From Eledone cirrhosa (taxonomy: Eukaryota), in NCBI GenBank assembly GCA_964016885.1, contig OZ024743.1, positions 241,490,001 to 241,554,000 on the forward strand: DNA of 64,000 nt, written 5' to 3'. Positions within the stretch are counted from its first letter, which is position 1. Each line of letters starts with the position of its first letter. Shown piece by piece: positions 27,052 to 36,746 of the stretch. The position numbers and the translations under genes were made by a program. Below the pieces are notes generated by a model. That model saw nothing but the letters and a program-made list of their open reading frames with translations. It was not told the origin of the DNA and did not search any database.

Positions 27052-27084
27052 GGACATTATTATTATTATTATAGTTTTGTGTAT

Positions 27085-27450
27085 CTTTGTTCCAGTGAGA
27101 ATGTGTTTTAGTGATTTAGATTGCATTTTGCTTTTGATGATCTTGTGTTTCTAGAATTTTCTTCATTTTTCATCTTTAAATAGAATGGGCAGGATTTTGT
27201 GTAGGAGGTCGAACATTTCGGTGTTTCTGGGGTTGAACGTGGATACATATGGTAAGGTATTGTTTGTGGATATGTACTTTTGGTTGTTGGGTTGATGAAT
27301 TTGGTTGTAGATTTGTTGTTCGTGAATCCCATGACTAAGTTGGCGTATGTAGGGGCTACCTTTGTTCCCATTGCAGTTCCTGAAATTTGTTGGTATGTTG
27401 AGTCATTGAAAGTAAAGAAATTATTCTGTAAGATAAATCGGAGTCCATCC
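27085..27450 (-). pseudogene. Third PLE fragment (RT domain, internally deleted)
   Basis: [37 protein letters not shown] is the typical PLE RT motif B region. Confidence 0.85.
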
Positions 27451-27455
27451 TATGC

Positions 27456-27487
<32 letters not shown>

Positions 27488-27511
27488 TTATACATATATA
27501 TGTCCATCACA

Positions 27512-27560
<49 letters not shown>

Positions 27561-27566
27561 ATCACA

Positions 27567-27604
<38 letters not shown>

Positions 27605-27721
27605 TGTGAGATTCAAAAATAACTGATATAGGGAAAAATGGTGTTAAATGTGGATATGACTAGCTTCTAATTTTCATTATAACAAACGTTGTCAGACACA
27701 CATACATACATATATATATAC

Positions 27722-27787
27722 ATAATTGTCTCTACTTTAGGCACAAGGCCAGCAATTACCCAGTGCATTACTGGTACTTTATTTTAT
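27722..27787 (-). mobile_element. SINE family 1 3' fragment
   Basis: Reverse complement of the tail at 830-893. Confidence 0.8.
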
Positions 27788-27813
27788 ATAAATATATATA
27801 TATATATATACAA

Positions 27814-27847
<34 letters not shown>

Positions 27848-27988
27848 ATTACATTGATTGGCTTTGGCCGGTATTAGCCCAGGCCATGTCTAACTTAATA
27901 GCAACATCCACATGCACGCGCCCGCGCATTCACACACACACACACGCACATGCACGCGCCCGCGCACTCACACACATATATATATATA

Positions 27989-28054
<66 letters not shown>

Positions 28055-28095
28055 TTATATATATGTGTAAATATGCACACGTACACACACACACG

Positions 28096-28160
<65 letters not shown>

Positions 28161-28191
28161 TTATAAATATGTGTAAATATGCACACGTACG

Positions 28192-28248
<57 letters not shown>

Positions 28249-28642
28249 TTATATATATATGTGTAAATATGCACACGTACACACACACACATACACACAC
28301 ATATACATATATATATATATATATGTATATATATACATAGATACATATATATACATATACATAGCTATCTGCTTAAGGCGCATCTTATTACGTATACTTC
28401 TATCTCCATCAAATATACAGTAAAAAGGTAAAATACTAAAATACTAGTAACTAAAAGCGTTAAGTGTGTGTGTCTGTCCCTGTGTCAGTGTGCATCTGTA
28501 TGTATGCTTATGGATGTATGTGTTTGTGTGAATTAGGATCTAAGTACAGTTACTGTTTGATTGTAGGCCTACAAATAATTCTGGTGTAACTAATTTCTCG
28601 CTTTTTGATGGAAATCTTACTAATGACACATCCTAGATTTTA

Positions 28643-28643
28643 C

Positions 28644-28701
<58 letters not shown>

Positions 28702-28797
28702 ATAGTAGTAGTAGTAGTAGTAATAGCGCAACAGGAGTAGTAGTAGCAGCAGCAGTGGTATTATTATTATTATTATTATTATTATTGTTATTGTTAT
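28643..28797 (+). repeat. (AGT)n followed by (ATT)n: left border of the retrotransposon cluster
   Basis: Seen directly in the sequence. Confidence 0.95.
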
Positions 28798-30282
28798 TCC
28801 TTGAATCTCAGTCATTGATGTTGGTTAACTGGAAAGTCCGTTGGATTGAATATCAAGCCACTACCTGCAGCCTCAGATATTCAGGACGTATCGGAGGGTT
28901 CTTGCTGTTCCAAGCAAGCATGCCTTTTGAAGCGTTCCAAAAAGCGTGAAGGGGCCGATTTTCTTTAACCATCCCTGGAAACCTTTGGAGATAGTCCCCA
29001 GTGCGCCTATGACAATCGGGATCACTTTGACTTCATGGCAGTTCCAAATCCTTTTCACCTCCCACTTTAGGTCCTGGTATCGGTTAATTTTCTCCCTCTC
29101 CTTCTCTTGCACTCTCGTGTCGAACGGGCAGGCCACATCCACAATCAGGCACGATCTTTTTTCTTTGTCCATAACCACCAGGTCAGGTCTATTGTGTTCC
29201 AGTTTTTTGTCCGTCTGTATCCTAAAATCCCACAGCACCTTCACCTGACTGTTCTCCATCACCGCCTCTGGCCTATGCTCATACCATTTCTCAGAATGTG
29301 GTAGATTGTTTAGTTTGCACAGGTGCCAGTGGATCACCCTGCCCATCACATCGTGTCTCCAGCCCTTATAGTGGATCTGGGCTAGGTGTTTACACTCGGA
29401 CACAATGTGAGCCACAGTCTCCTCTCTCTCTCCACAGATCCTGCACAGTGGGCTAGCCTCCTCCTTGTAGATATGGTGCTTCAACCACTTCGTTTTGAGG
29501 GCCTGCTCCTGCGCAGCCATTAGCATTCCCTCTGTAGCCTTTTTGAGGTCTCCTCTTCTCAACCAGTTCCATGTCTGTGGATCTCTAAATTCAGTTTTCT
29601 CAAAGAAGGTACTATGAAGGGATTTTCCCTTAAGGCTGCTCTTCCTCCTTGATGTTATTTCCTCCTTGGACATCCCCTGGCCTACTGTCCCCTCCTTCAG
29701 TACAGTTCTGAGCATTGGCTCCTTACTATAGGTCACGTATTTGTATAGGTTGTTTTTCTTCATCTGAACACAGTCCTCTATGCTGATAAGACCTCTTCCA
29801 CCCTCAGATCTCCTTAGGTAGAGTCTATCGACATCACTCCTCTTGTGGAACATGTTGTAGATAGTCAATAGCTTCCTAGTCTTCCTATCCATTTCCTTTT
29901 GTTCAGCAACATTCCATCTCAGAATTCCCGCACTGTACCTAATAATAGACACAGCTCGGGAATTTACTGCGCTTATGGCATTTCTGCTGTTCAGATGTGA
30001 CTTCAATACGCTCCTTACTCTCCGAATGTATTCAGTTCTTAACAATTCCTTCATTTTTTTGTTCTTTATGCCATCAGCCTCCAGAACGCCCAAATACTTG
30101 TATCCTTCCTCAGAGTCAATTTCCTTTATCATCTCACCTGTTGGTATCTGGATCCCGTTACTTCTGCTCAACCTACCCCTCTTCATCACAATGACTCCAC
30201 ATTTACCAATACCAAACTGCATACATATATCACTGCTGAAAATACGGACAGTGTCAACAAGCTCATCCAACTCCTTCTCACT
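28798..30282 (-). mobile_element. 5'-truncated R4/Dong-like RLE non-LTR retrotransposon
   Basis: Contains the ORF below and a ~75-nt 3'UTR that runs into (TAA)n. The 5' junction is also in (TAA)n. Confidence 0.9.
28873..30270 (-). CDS. RT C-terminus + CCHC finger + restriction-like endonuclease (partial ORF of an R4/Dong-like element)
   Basis: YKYLG, RLYLRRSEGGRGL, CRICGEREETVAHIVSEC, RPDLV..IVDVACP..EKINRY (PD-D/ExK) and PIVIGALG. Uninterrupted but 5'-truncated. Confidence 0.92.
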   Translation of the reverse strand: MDELVDTVRIFSSDICMQFGIGKCGVIVMKRGRLSRSNGIQIPTGEMIKEIDSEEGYKYLGVLEADGIKNKKMKELLRTEYIRRVRSVLKSHLNSRNAISAVNSRAVSIIRYSAGILRWNVAEQKEMDRKTRKLLTIYNMFHKRSDVDRLYLRRSEGGRGLISIEDCVQMKKNNLYKYVTYSKEPMLRTVLKEGTVGQGMSKEEITSRRKSSLKGKSLHSTFFEKTEFRDPQTWNWLRRGDLKKATEGMLMAAQEQALKTKWLKHHIYKEEASPLCRICGEREETVAHIVSECKHLAQIHYKGWRHDVMGRVIHWHLCKLNNLPHSEKWYEHRPEAVMENSQVKVLWDFRIQTDKKLEHNRPDLVVMDKEKRSCLIVDVACPFDTRVQEKEREKINRYQDLKWEVKRIWNCHEVKVIPIVIGALGTISKGFQGWLKKIGPFTLFGTLQKACLLGTARTLRYVLNI

Positions 30283-30323
30283 TTATTATTATCATTAATA
30301 TTATTATTATTATTATTTTATTA

Positions 30324-30554
30324 TTGTTATTCCTTGAATCTCAGTCATTGATGTTGGTTAACTGGAAAGTCCGTTGGATTGAATATCAAGCCACTACCTG
30401 CAGCCTCAGATATTCAGGACGTATCGGAGGGTTCTTGCTGTTCCAAGCAAGCATGCCTTTTGAAGCGTTCCAAAAAGCGTGAAGGGGCCGATTTTCTTTA
30501 ACCATCCCTGGAAACTTTTGGAGATAGTCCCCAGTGCGCCTATGACAATCGGGA

Positions 30555-30557
<3 letters not shown>
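30324..30557 (-). mobile_element. Second, ~230-bp 3'-terminal copy of the same R4/Dong-like element
   Basis: Nearly identical to about 28791-29024, with (TAA)n on both sides. Confidence 0.95.
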
Positions 30558-30610
<53 letters not shown>

Positions 30611-30819
30611 GGCGACCTACGTAGGAAATCGTATTATCGTGAGCTCCGCAAAGGTTTGTTATTTCCGTTTGTTTAAAAATTGCCATTTATGGAAAATTTT
30701 AATGTAAACTGTTTATAAGCACACATACATTGTTTTCCGAAAAGGACACCCAAAAAGATTGGGGCCTTGTGCCCAAAATTTTAACTTTTATTATTATCCA
30801 AAAATTTCTTTGAAAAAAA

Positions 30820-32812
30820 ATGGCTAATTCCCCTCTGCACGAAGCAGCTGAAAGCCTTCCTCACAAAATAACACCTCACACCGACACCACCATTGTAAAT
30901 GTTACTACGTTTGCCAACACAAAAAAAAATATAAGCAGTAGCAATATTTTAAATTTGTCTCAGGCAGACATTCATTTCCCGCCATTACCAATGACTGCAG
31001 GTGTTAAACCCTCCACCACCACCACCACCGCGACAACCACCACCACCACCACCACCACCGCGACAACAGAAACAAAAGAAGAAAAAAATAAATTAACTCG
31101 TGACGTCGAAATGAAATCAAGCAAAATGGACTCTTCCCCACCAAAGACGACTGACGTCACCACCACCACAACTGAAAATAAAATTAATATCAACGATAGC
31201 AACAACAACAACAATGACATTATAAAACCGACCCTCAGTTTCGCCATCGTAGCAAAACAATTCGAAGCGTTCACGGTAACTCAAGAAGATTTAGAAAATG
31301 CCAAACAAATGGTAAAGAAAGATGGGTACAGGGTCAGCCTCACCCCCCCCCCCCCCACCTAATAAAATGGAGCATCGGCGCCTGTGCACCGTGTCGTATA
31401 GAACAATAAATGTAAAATCGCGCCGAGGGGAACGGGCATCCGAGTCCCAAATCCCAAAAGCTTTGGGACATGTGTGGGCAAGAAAAACCCACATCAGACG
31501 TGGGCAAAAGTATGGAACCGTGGATGTGTTCTTTGAAACACCAGAGGAGGCTAGAGAACACTCCATGGCCCCATTAAAAAGTGACGACTTCACACTCGTC
31601 CCAAGCTATTGTGGCCAGAGACTCGTGAAGATCAGGGTGACCCACGTTCCACCGGCCATCGAAATTCCCTGGCTAACAGCGGCTGTCATCGCCGGCATCG
31701 AGGCCAACACGAAAATAATAACAATAGCAAAAGAAAAGCAGGAAAACTGGTCCGGATCTGGGATGGAGCTCCTGATCCAAGCGGACCAAAAAAGCATTGA
31801 GGAGATCCCAGAGGTAATAGACCTCACTGACGGCAGCCACCTCACGGTAATTGTCGAGGGCAGAAGACCTAGGTGTGTCGTTTGTGGTGAAGGAACCCAC
31901 CTAAGGGCTTTCTGCCCTCAGGCTAAAAGGTTGAGGCCACCTCTCCTACCCACCCCAGTGACACAACCATCAACACCACCAGTAGCAGAGATGCCAGCAA
32001 CAACTGTAGCAGCAACAACAGAAGCAACTATAACAGCAGCAACCGCAGCAACAGTAGCAAAACCAACACCACTACCACCACCAGCAAAACCAACACCGCC
32101 ACCACCCAACGCTTCAGAACTAGCACCAGCGCCTACACCATCCACCACACCACAACCAAAACTAACGGCTGTGGAGGATTTTCCACTCCCCGGCCTATCA
32201 CAACTGCAGACAGATTGTGACGACGAGGAGTGGGAAACGATATCCGGAAAAAAAAAAGAAACCAAAAAAGAAAAAAATTCTCTTCCTTCCCCCTCCAAAA
32301 ACAAAATACAGAGGGAAACAAATAAACTAAGAAACAAAAAAGTTAGGACAGATATGCCACCATCCACACCAGCATCACCAACCCCATCAACCCAAACACC
32401 AACACCATCACCATCATTAACTCCAACACCACCATCACCTACACCACAAAAGTCACCAAAATGCGAAACAGAAACAAACCCACAACAAACGCAAACAAAA
32501 CAAAACAACCAAAACGATGCACACTACACAGCATTAAATTTGAACAAGCAATTATTGCACTACATCCAACACAACACCAGCATCACAGAAAAAGACTACA
32601 CAACAACCCCAAAATTCACACCACCTCCACACATACAAATCACTCGCATCACACAGAAAACGTACATGACACTCAAACAAAAATTCCCCAAAGACATCGG
32701 AGACTTCCGACAAGCACTCTCCAGGAGGATTTATAAGGACATCTTTCCTGAGGAGGCCACAAGCAGTGAAAAGGATGGAAAAACCGTCCTTCCCCTACGA
32801 GAAGTAAGGTAA
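30820..32812 (+). CDS. ORF1 (gag-like, CCHC zinc knuckle) of copy A, frameshifted at the poly-C run near 31343-31356
   Basis: ORF 30820-31362 (SFAIVAK..LENAKQMVKKDGYR) and ORF 31322-32812 (CTVSYRT.., CVVCGEGTHLRAFC) align consecutively to the single ORF1 of copy B. Confidence 0.85.
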
Positions 32813-32846
32813 GTGGTCTTTCCAATCTTTTCCACTCCTTTTCAAC

Positions 32847-35800
32847 ATGACCTCACTCATTTTAGTCAGCATAAATGCGCGTGGCTTGGGGTCGTCATGG
32901 AAGCAGGGCCACCTGCTCAACGACCTCAGGTCACTAAACATAGATGTAGTGGCCATCAGCGAGACCAGAATCTCCGAAGCACAGGCTTCCGCACCGATCT
33001 TCGGCGGCTACGATGTGTACGCATCTCCCAGCCGTCCTGGATCGGGGGGAGGAGTTGCTGTGCTTTTTCGGAGAGGTTTGGATCTTGCCATACGGGCCAT
33101 CTTCCTGGACCCAGAAGGTAAGTTGGTGGTGCTGGACGTGACCAGCGGAGACGGGCAAGCTTTCAGGTTAGTGGCCGTCTATGCCCCGACAGGAGCAGGG
33201 CGGCCTGATTTCTTCCGGCGTCTGGAGACCTTTCTTGGAACGTCCCGCTCTTTAGTGTTAGTGGGCGACTGGAACGGGATCTTAGATGCACGCTGGGATT
33301 GTGTGGGATTAGTGGATAGGGAAGGAGGGTGCAAGAGTCTCACCAACCTGCTCAGACGTTTTGAACTGTCTGACAGGTACCGAATGGATTTCCCGAATGT
33401 ACCAATGTGGACTTGGACAAATCGCATAGGGTCATCCAGATCATATCTAGATAGAGTATTTTGTAGGGAAATAGATAGGTCTAGCATAGGCTGTCCACAA
33501 TTCAAGATAGTCAGCTACACGGACCACAAATTCGTGATCTGTGTGCTTGACTTAGATAGGCTTCATAGACGAGGACCCGGCTACTGGAAGTTAAATGCGT
33601 CCTTACCAGCGCGCAAGGCCTACAGAGACCGGATTAGCGAACTAGTTAAGCGGGCGTTGACGGGGGCCATCGTCAACAACAAGTGGTGGTTTGCTCTGAA
33701 AAGAGCAATTAGAATAGAGTCCATTAGGTTTAGTAAGACTTTAACAATAGAGAAAAATAGAGCAGAGGGAGAATTAGTTAGAAAATTAGATGAGACGCTT
33801 AGCAAAGGCATCGCGACCGACGTACTTGCGGCGAAATTGGCCCTTGACCAATTCTTCAATGCAAAGCACGAAGGCTGCGTTGTCAGAGCTAGGGTGCGTG
33901 CTCTCAGACACGAGGGGACGAAAGCCGTTCAATGGGCCCGAGTGGCGGAGGCGCGTCGTGGCAACAAAGCCACGATCCGGTCTTTGGTGGACCACGACGG
34001 GCGCATGCTACTCGATCCCGGGAAAATGTGTGAAGCTTTTCAGCGACACTTCGCTCAACTGTTCGGGGGCAGTGGCGGGCCGGATCGAGGGATGGACTTT
34101 AGTGTCTACCTCGACGGACTGCCGCGGCTTTCGGCCACTGAGGCGGAGTGTTGCGAAAAGCCGATAACAACCGCTGAAGTACGGGATGCAATGACTAGTT
34201 GCACAAGGGGTAAATCGCCTGGTTTGAATGGTCTGCCCTATGAACTTTACGTACAAATGCCAAACTTGTTCGGAGGCCTCTTGGCGGACGTCTACTGCAA
34301 CTGGCAACAGAACGGGAGAATTCCCAGCTCTGTGAGCCGAGGAGCGGTGGCGCTGCTGAGAAAGGATCCGAACAAGGGGGATAACATAGATAATTTTAGG
34401 CCCATAACTCTGCTAAACACAGAGTTCAAGATTTTGGCCAAGGTGCTAGCAAAGAGGTTGGCGCTTGTCGTTGGTGGTCTGGTGGGAGAGGCACAGACAT
34501 GCGCCACTCCCGACAGATCCATCCACGACAACCTCCACCTCATGCGATACATCGTAGAGAGGGTAGCTAGGGAACCTGGCACGGGTGGGTCTTTGATCAA
34601 TTTAGATCAGTCGAAAGCCTTCGATAGGGTCGACCATCGTTACCTAACGGCAGTCCTGAGGGCGGCTGGCTTTGGGCCCGTCTTCAGAGGCTGGATCGCT
34701 GCCATGCACAGCGACATCTGCTCTGTAGTGAGAGTGAACGGTCACCTTTCGGAACCGTTCAACATCATGCGCTCGGTCCGCCAAGGATGTCCCCTCTCGT
34801 CCCTATTGTACGTATTGACTCTCGAGCCATTACTGCACAAACTGGAGACGTTGAGGGGGGTCCCGCGCGAACTAGGATGCGGAAGATCCGTGTCAGCATA
34901 TGCCGACGATGTCACCGTAGTGGTGTCGAACGCCAAACACATCGAGGCGATCAGCACTACACTAAGAGAATACGAAGCGGTGACAGGAGCAATGATCAAC
35001 CAGGAAAAGTCAGTGGGCCTGCAGCTCGGCACCTGGAGAGGCAGGTCCATGCCGTCCAACAGCGTCAGCGGGCGCTGGACGGACGGACCGGTTAAATTGC
35101 TAGGGGTCTGGTTCGGTCCAGACCTCCAGACGGACAAAAACTGGGACGAGGTGACGAGCAGGGTGGCTTCTCTCACCCAGAAATGGGCCGAGAGGAAGCT
35201 ATCCCTGAAAGGTCGAGCGGAGGTGGCGAATGCGTACATCGCATCCGTCATCTACTACCGCCTGACCGTCGTACCTTGTCCTAAGCCCCGCCTGACTGCG
35301 CTGGAGCGTTTGCTCTTTCGCTTCTTGTGGAAGGGACGCGCTCCGATGGTCAGGCGGTCCATCTGCTGTCAACACCCGCTACGTGGAGGGCTGGGCATGC
35401 CGTGGCTGATGATGCGAAGACACGCGCTCAGGCTACGACATCTCCACCGCTTCCTCGACGGTGATCAGGTGTGGTCGCCGTTTGCAAGACACGTTTTTCC
35501 CCAGCTCGTCTCCTTGACGGAGCTGCAGTCCTGGGTCAAGCGAAGACCGAGAGGGAGCGCTTGGAGACTGGAATGTCTTCAGGCGCTCACAGCCCTCGAC
35601 CAATCGGGCAATGTGATCGGTGGAAACTCCACCTTGGCGTTCTATAGGGGATTAGTGGAGGGGAAGAGCGACGACGTACTTGGAGAAACTCTAGGCGTCG
35701 ACGAAAATCAACTAGCCAATCTCTTAGGAAGGACTTTTGGGCCGGGGCCTATGGACAACTTCCAGAAATCCCTGGCCTGGCAGTGCTGCCGAGGAGCTTT

Positions 35801-36266
35801 GCCAGTTCGGGATAAACTCTACAGGCATGGAGGTGCCGTCAGCCGGGCATGTCCGAGATGCGCGCAGGGCGACGAAACCGTCCTGCACGCACTCGTCCAG
35901 TGTCCGAGCATTGCTGACTTGTGGGTTTATGTCGAACACCTGCTGTCACGTGTAGGACGGATCCGGCTATCAGCTGAGTCCATCGTGAGGATTGCCCCGC
36001 CCCCTTCCTTTAGCCTGGAAGGGCAGGCAGTTTTTATCTGTCTGGTGGCCATGGCGAAAGAGATAGTATGGTGGACACGTTTGAAAGGGCTGAAGACGAG
36101 CACTTACCTCTTCGGTGATGCCCTGATTAACTTTTTCAAATTTCATTTGAAAAGGAAAATCAGGGTAGAAAGGGAAGTGCTCTCTTCCCAGCATTTTGTT
36201 GAAAGATGGGTGAGAGAAGCAAGTATGGCCCGAATGAATGGGCCTTCTCTGAGTATGTGTCTGTAA
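32847..36266 (+). CDS. ORF2 of copy A: APE endonuclease + RT + C-terminal zinc finger (1139 aa)
   Basis: SINARGL, VYAP, GDWN, SYLDR, TDH (APE). GPGYWKLN (Tx1/L1 linker). RPITLLN, LDQSKAFD, QGCPLS, YADD (RT). CPRC..ETVLHALVQC. Confidence 0.97.
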   Translation: MTSLILVSINARGLGSSWKQGHLLNDLRSLNIDVVAISETRISEAQASAPIFGGYDVYASPSRPGSGGGVAVLFRRGLDLAIRAIFLDPEGKLVVLDVTSGDGQAFRLVAVYAPTGAGRPDFFRRLETFLGTSRSLVLVGDWNGILDARWDCVGLVDREGGCKSLTNLLRRFELSDRYRMDFPNVPMWTWTNRIGSSRSYLDRVFCREIDRSSIGCPQFKIVSYTDHKFVICVLDLDRLHRRGPGYWKLNASLPARKAYRDRISELVKRALTGAIVNNKWWFALKRAIRIESIRFSKTLTIEKNRAEGELVRKLDETLSKGIATDVLAAKLALDQFFNAKHEGCVVRARVRALRHEGTKAVQWARVAEARRGNKATIRSLVDHDGRMLLDPGKMCEAFQRHFAQLFGGSGGPDRGMDFSVYLDGLPRLSATEAECCEKPITTAEVRDAMTSCTRGKSPGLNGLPYELYVQMPNLFGGLLADVYCNWQQNGRIPSSVSRGAVALLRKDPNKGDNIDNFRPITLLNTEFKILAKVLAKRLALVVGGLVGEAQTCATPDRSIHDNLHLMRYIVERVAREPGTGGSLINLDQSKAFDRVDHRYLTAVLRAAGFGPVFRGWIAAMHSDICSVVRVNGHLSEPFNIMRSVRQGCPLSSLLYVLTLEPLLHKLETLRGVPRELGCGRSVSAYADDVTVVVSNAKHIEAISTTLREYEAVTGAMINQEKSVGLQLGTWRGRSMPSNSVSGRWTDGPVKLLGVWFGPDLQTDKNWDEVTSRVASLTQKWAERKLSLKGRAEVANAYIASVIYYRLTVVPCPKPRLTALERLLFRFLWKGRAPMVRRSICCQHPLRGGLGMPWLMMRRHALRLRHLHRFLDGDQVWSPFARHVFPQLVSLTELQSWVKRRPRGSAWRLECLQALTALDQSGNVIGGNSTLAFYRGLVEGKSDDVLGETLGVDENQLANLLGRTFGPGPMDNFQKSLAWQCCRGALPVRDKLYRHGGAVSRACPRCAQGDETVLHALVQCPSIADLWVYVEHLLSRVGRIRLSAESIVRIAPPPSFSLEGQAVFICLVAMAKEIVWWTRLKGLKTSTYLFGDALINFFKFHLKRKIRVEREVLSSQHFVERWVREASMARMNGPSLSMCL

Positions 36267-36746
36267 ATTAAAGGTGGAAAACTGGGAGAGGGCACTTGCC
36301 CTGGTGGTCAGGGCCACTGTGGTCTTTTAATGGGCTTTCTCCACAAATGTCCCTTGGAAGTCTCCCCCCTATTGGGGAATTTTTCTTTGTTATTTTATTT
36401 CAACCTCTGTTTTTTTACACGCAGAAATGCCCATTTGTACCGTCCTGTATTGTCCTGTACTGTCCTTAATGTCTACTTTATGTGAACCCTTGTGGTTAAT
36501 AAAGAAAACATTAATATTATTATTATTATTATTGAATGCCATGGTTGACGGAGGCTCGGCTCTGTAAGGTATAGTAATTTTTAACCGTTAAAACAATTGT
36601 AAATTGTTTAAAACTTGAACCAAATTGTTGATAAAGACACCCTCCTCCTCGTGAGAGGGGTCTTTCTGTCCGTTATTTGGCCCTTCGGGGTTAAATAACC
36701 AGTTATTGGGGTTTTGTACCCAAAATTTCATTTTAAACAAAAAAAC

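Larger units (their letters stand above)
30611..36510 (+). mobile_element. Full-length Tx1-clade LINE, copy A
   Basis: Starts with G directly after (ATT)n. Has a 5'UTR, ORF1, ORF2 and a 3'UTR with AATAAA at 36498, followed by (ATT)n with no poly(A). Confidence 0.92.

Noticed and set aside
30755-30785. ggccttgtgcc.aaa shared between the Tx1-A 5'UTR and the SINE tail
   Set aside because: Only about 14 nt long and absent from copy B, so it cannot be distinguished from chance.
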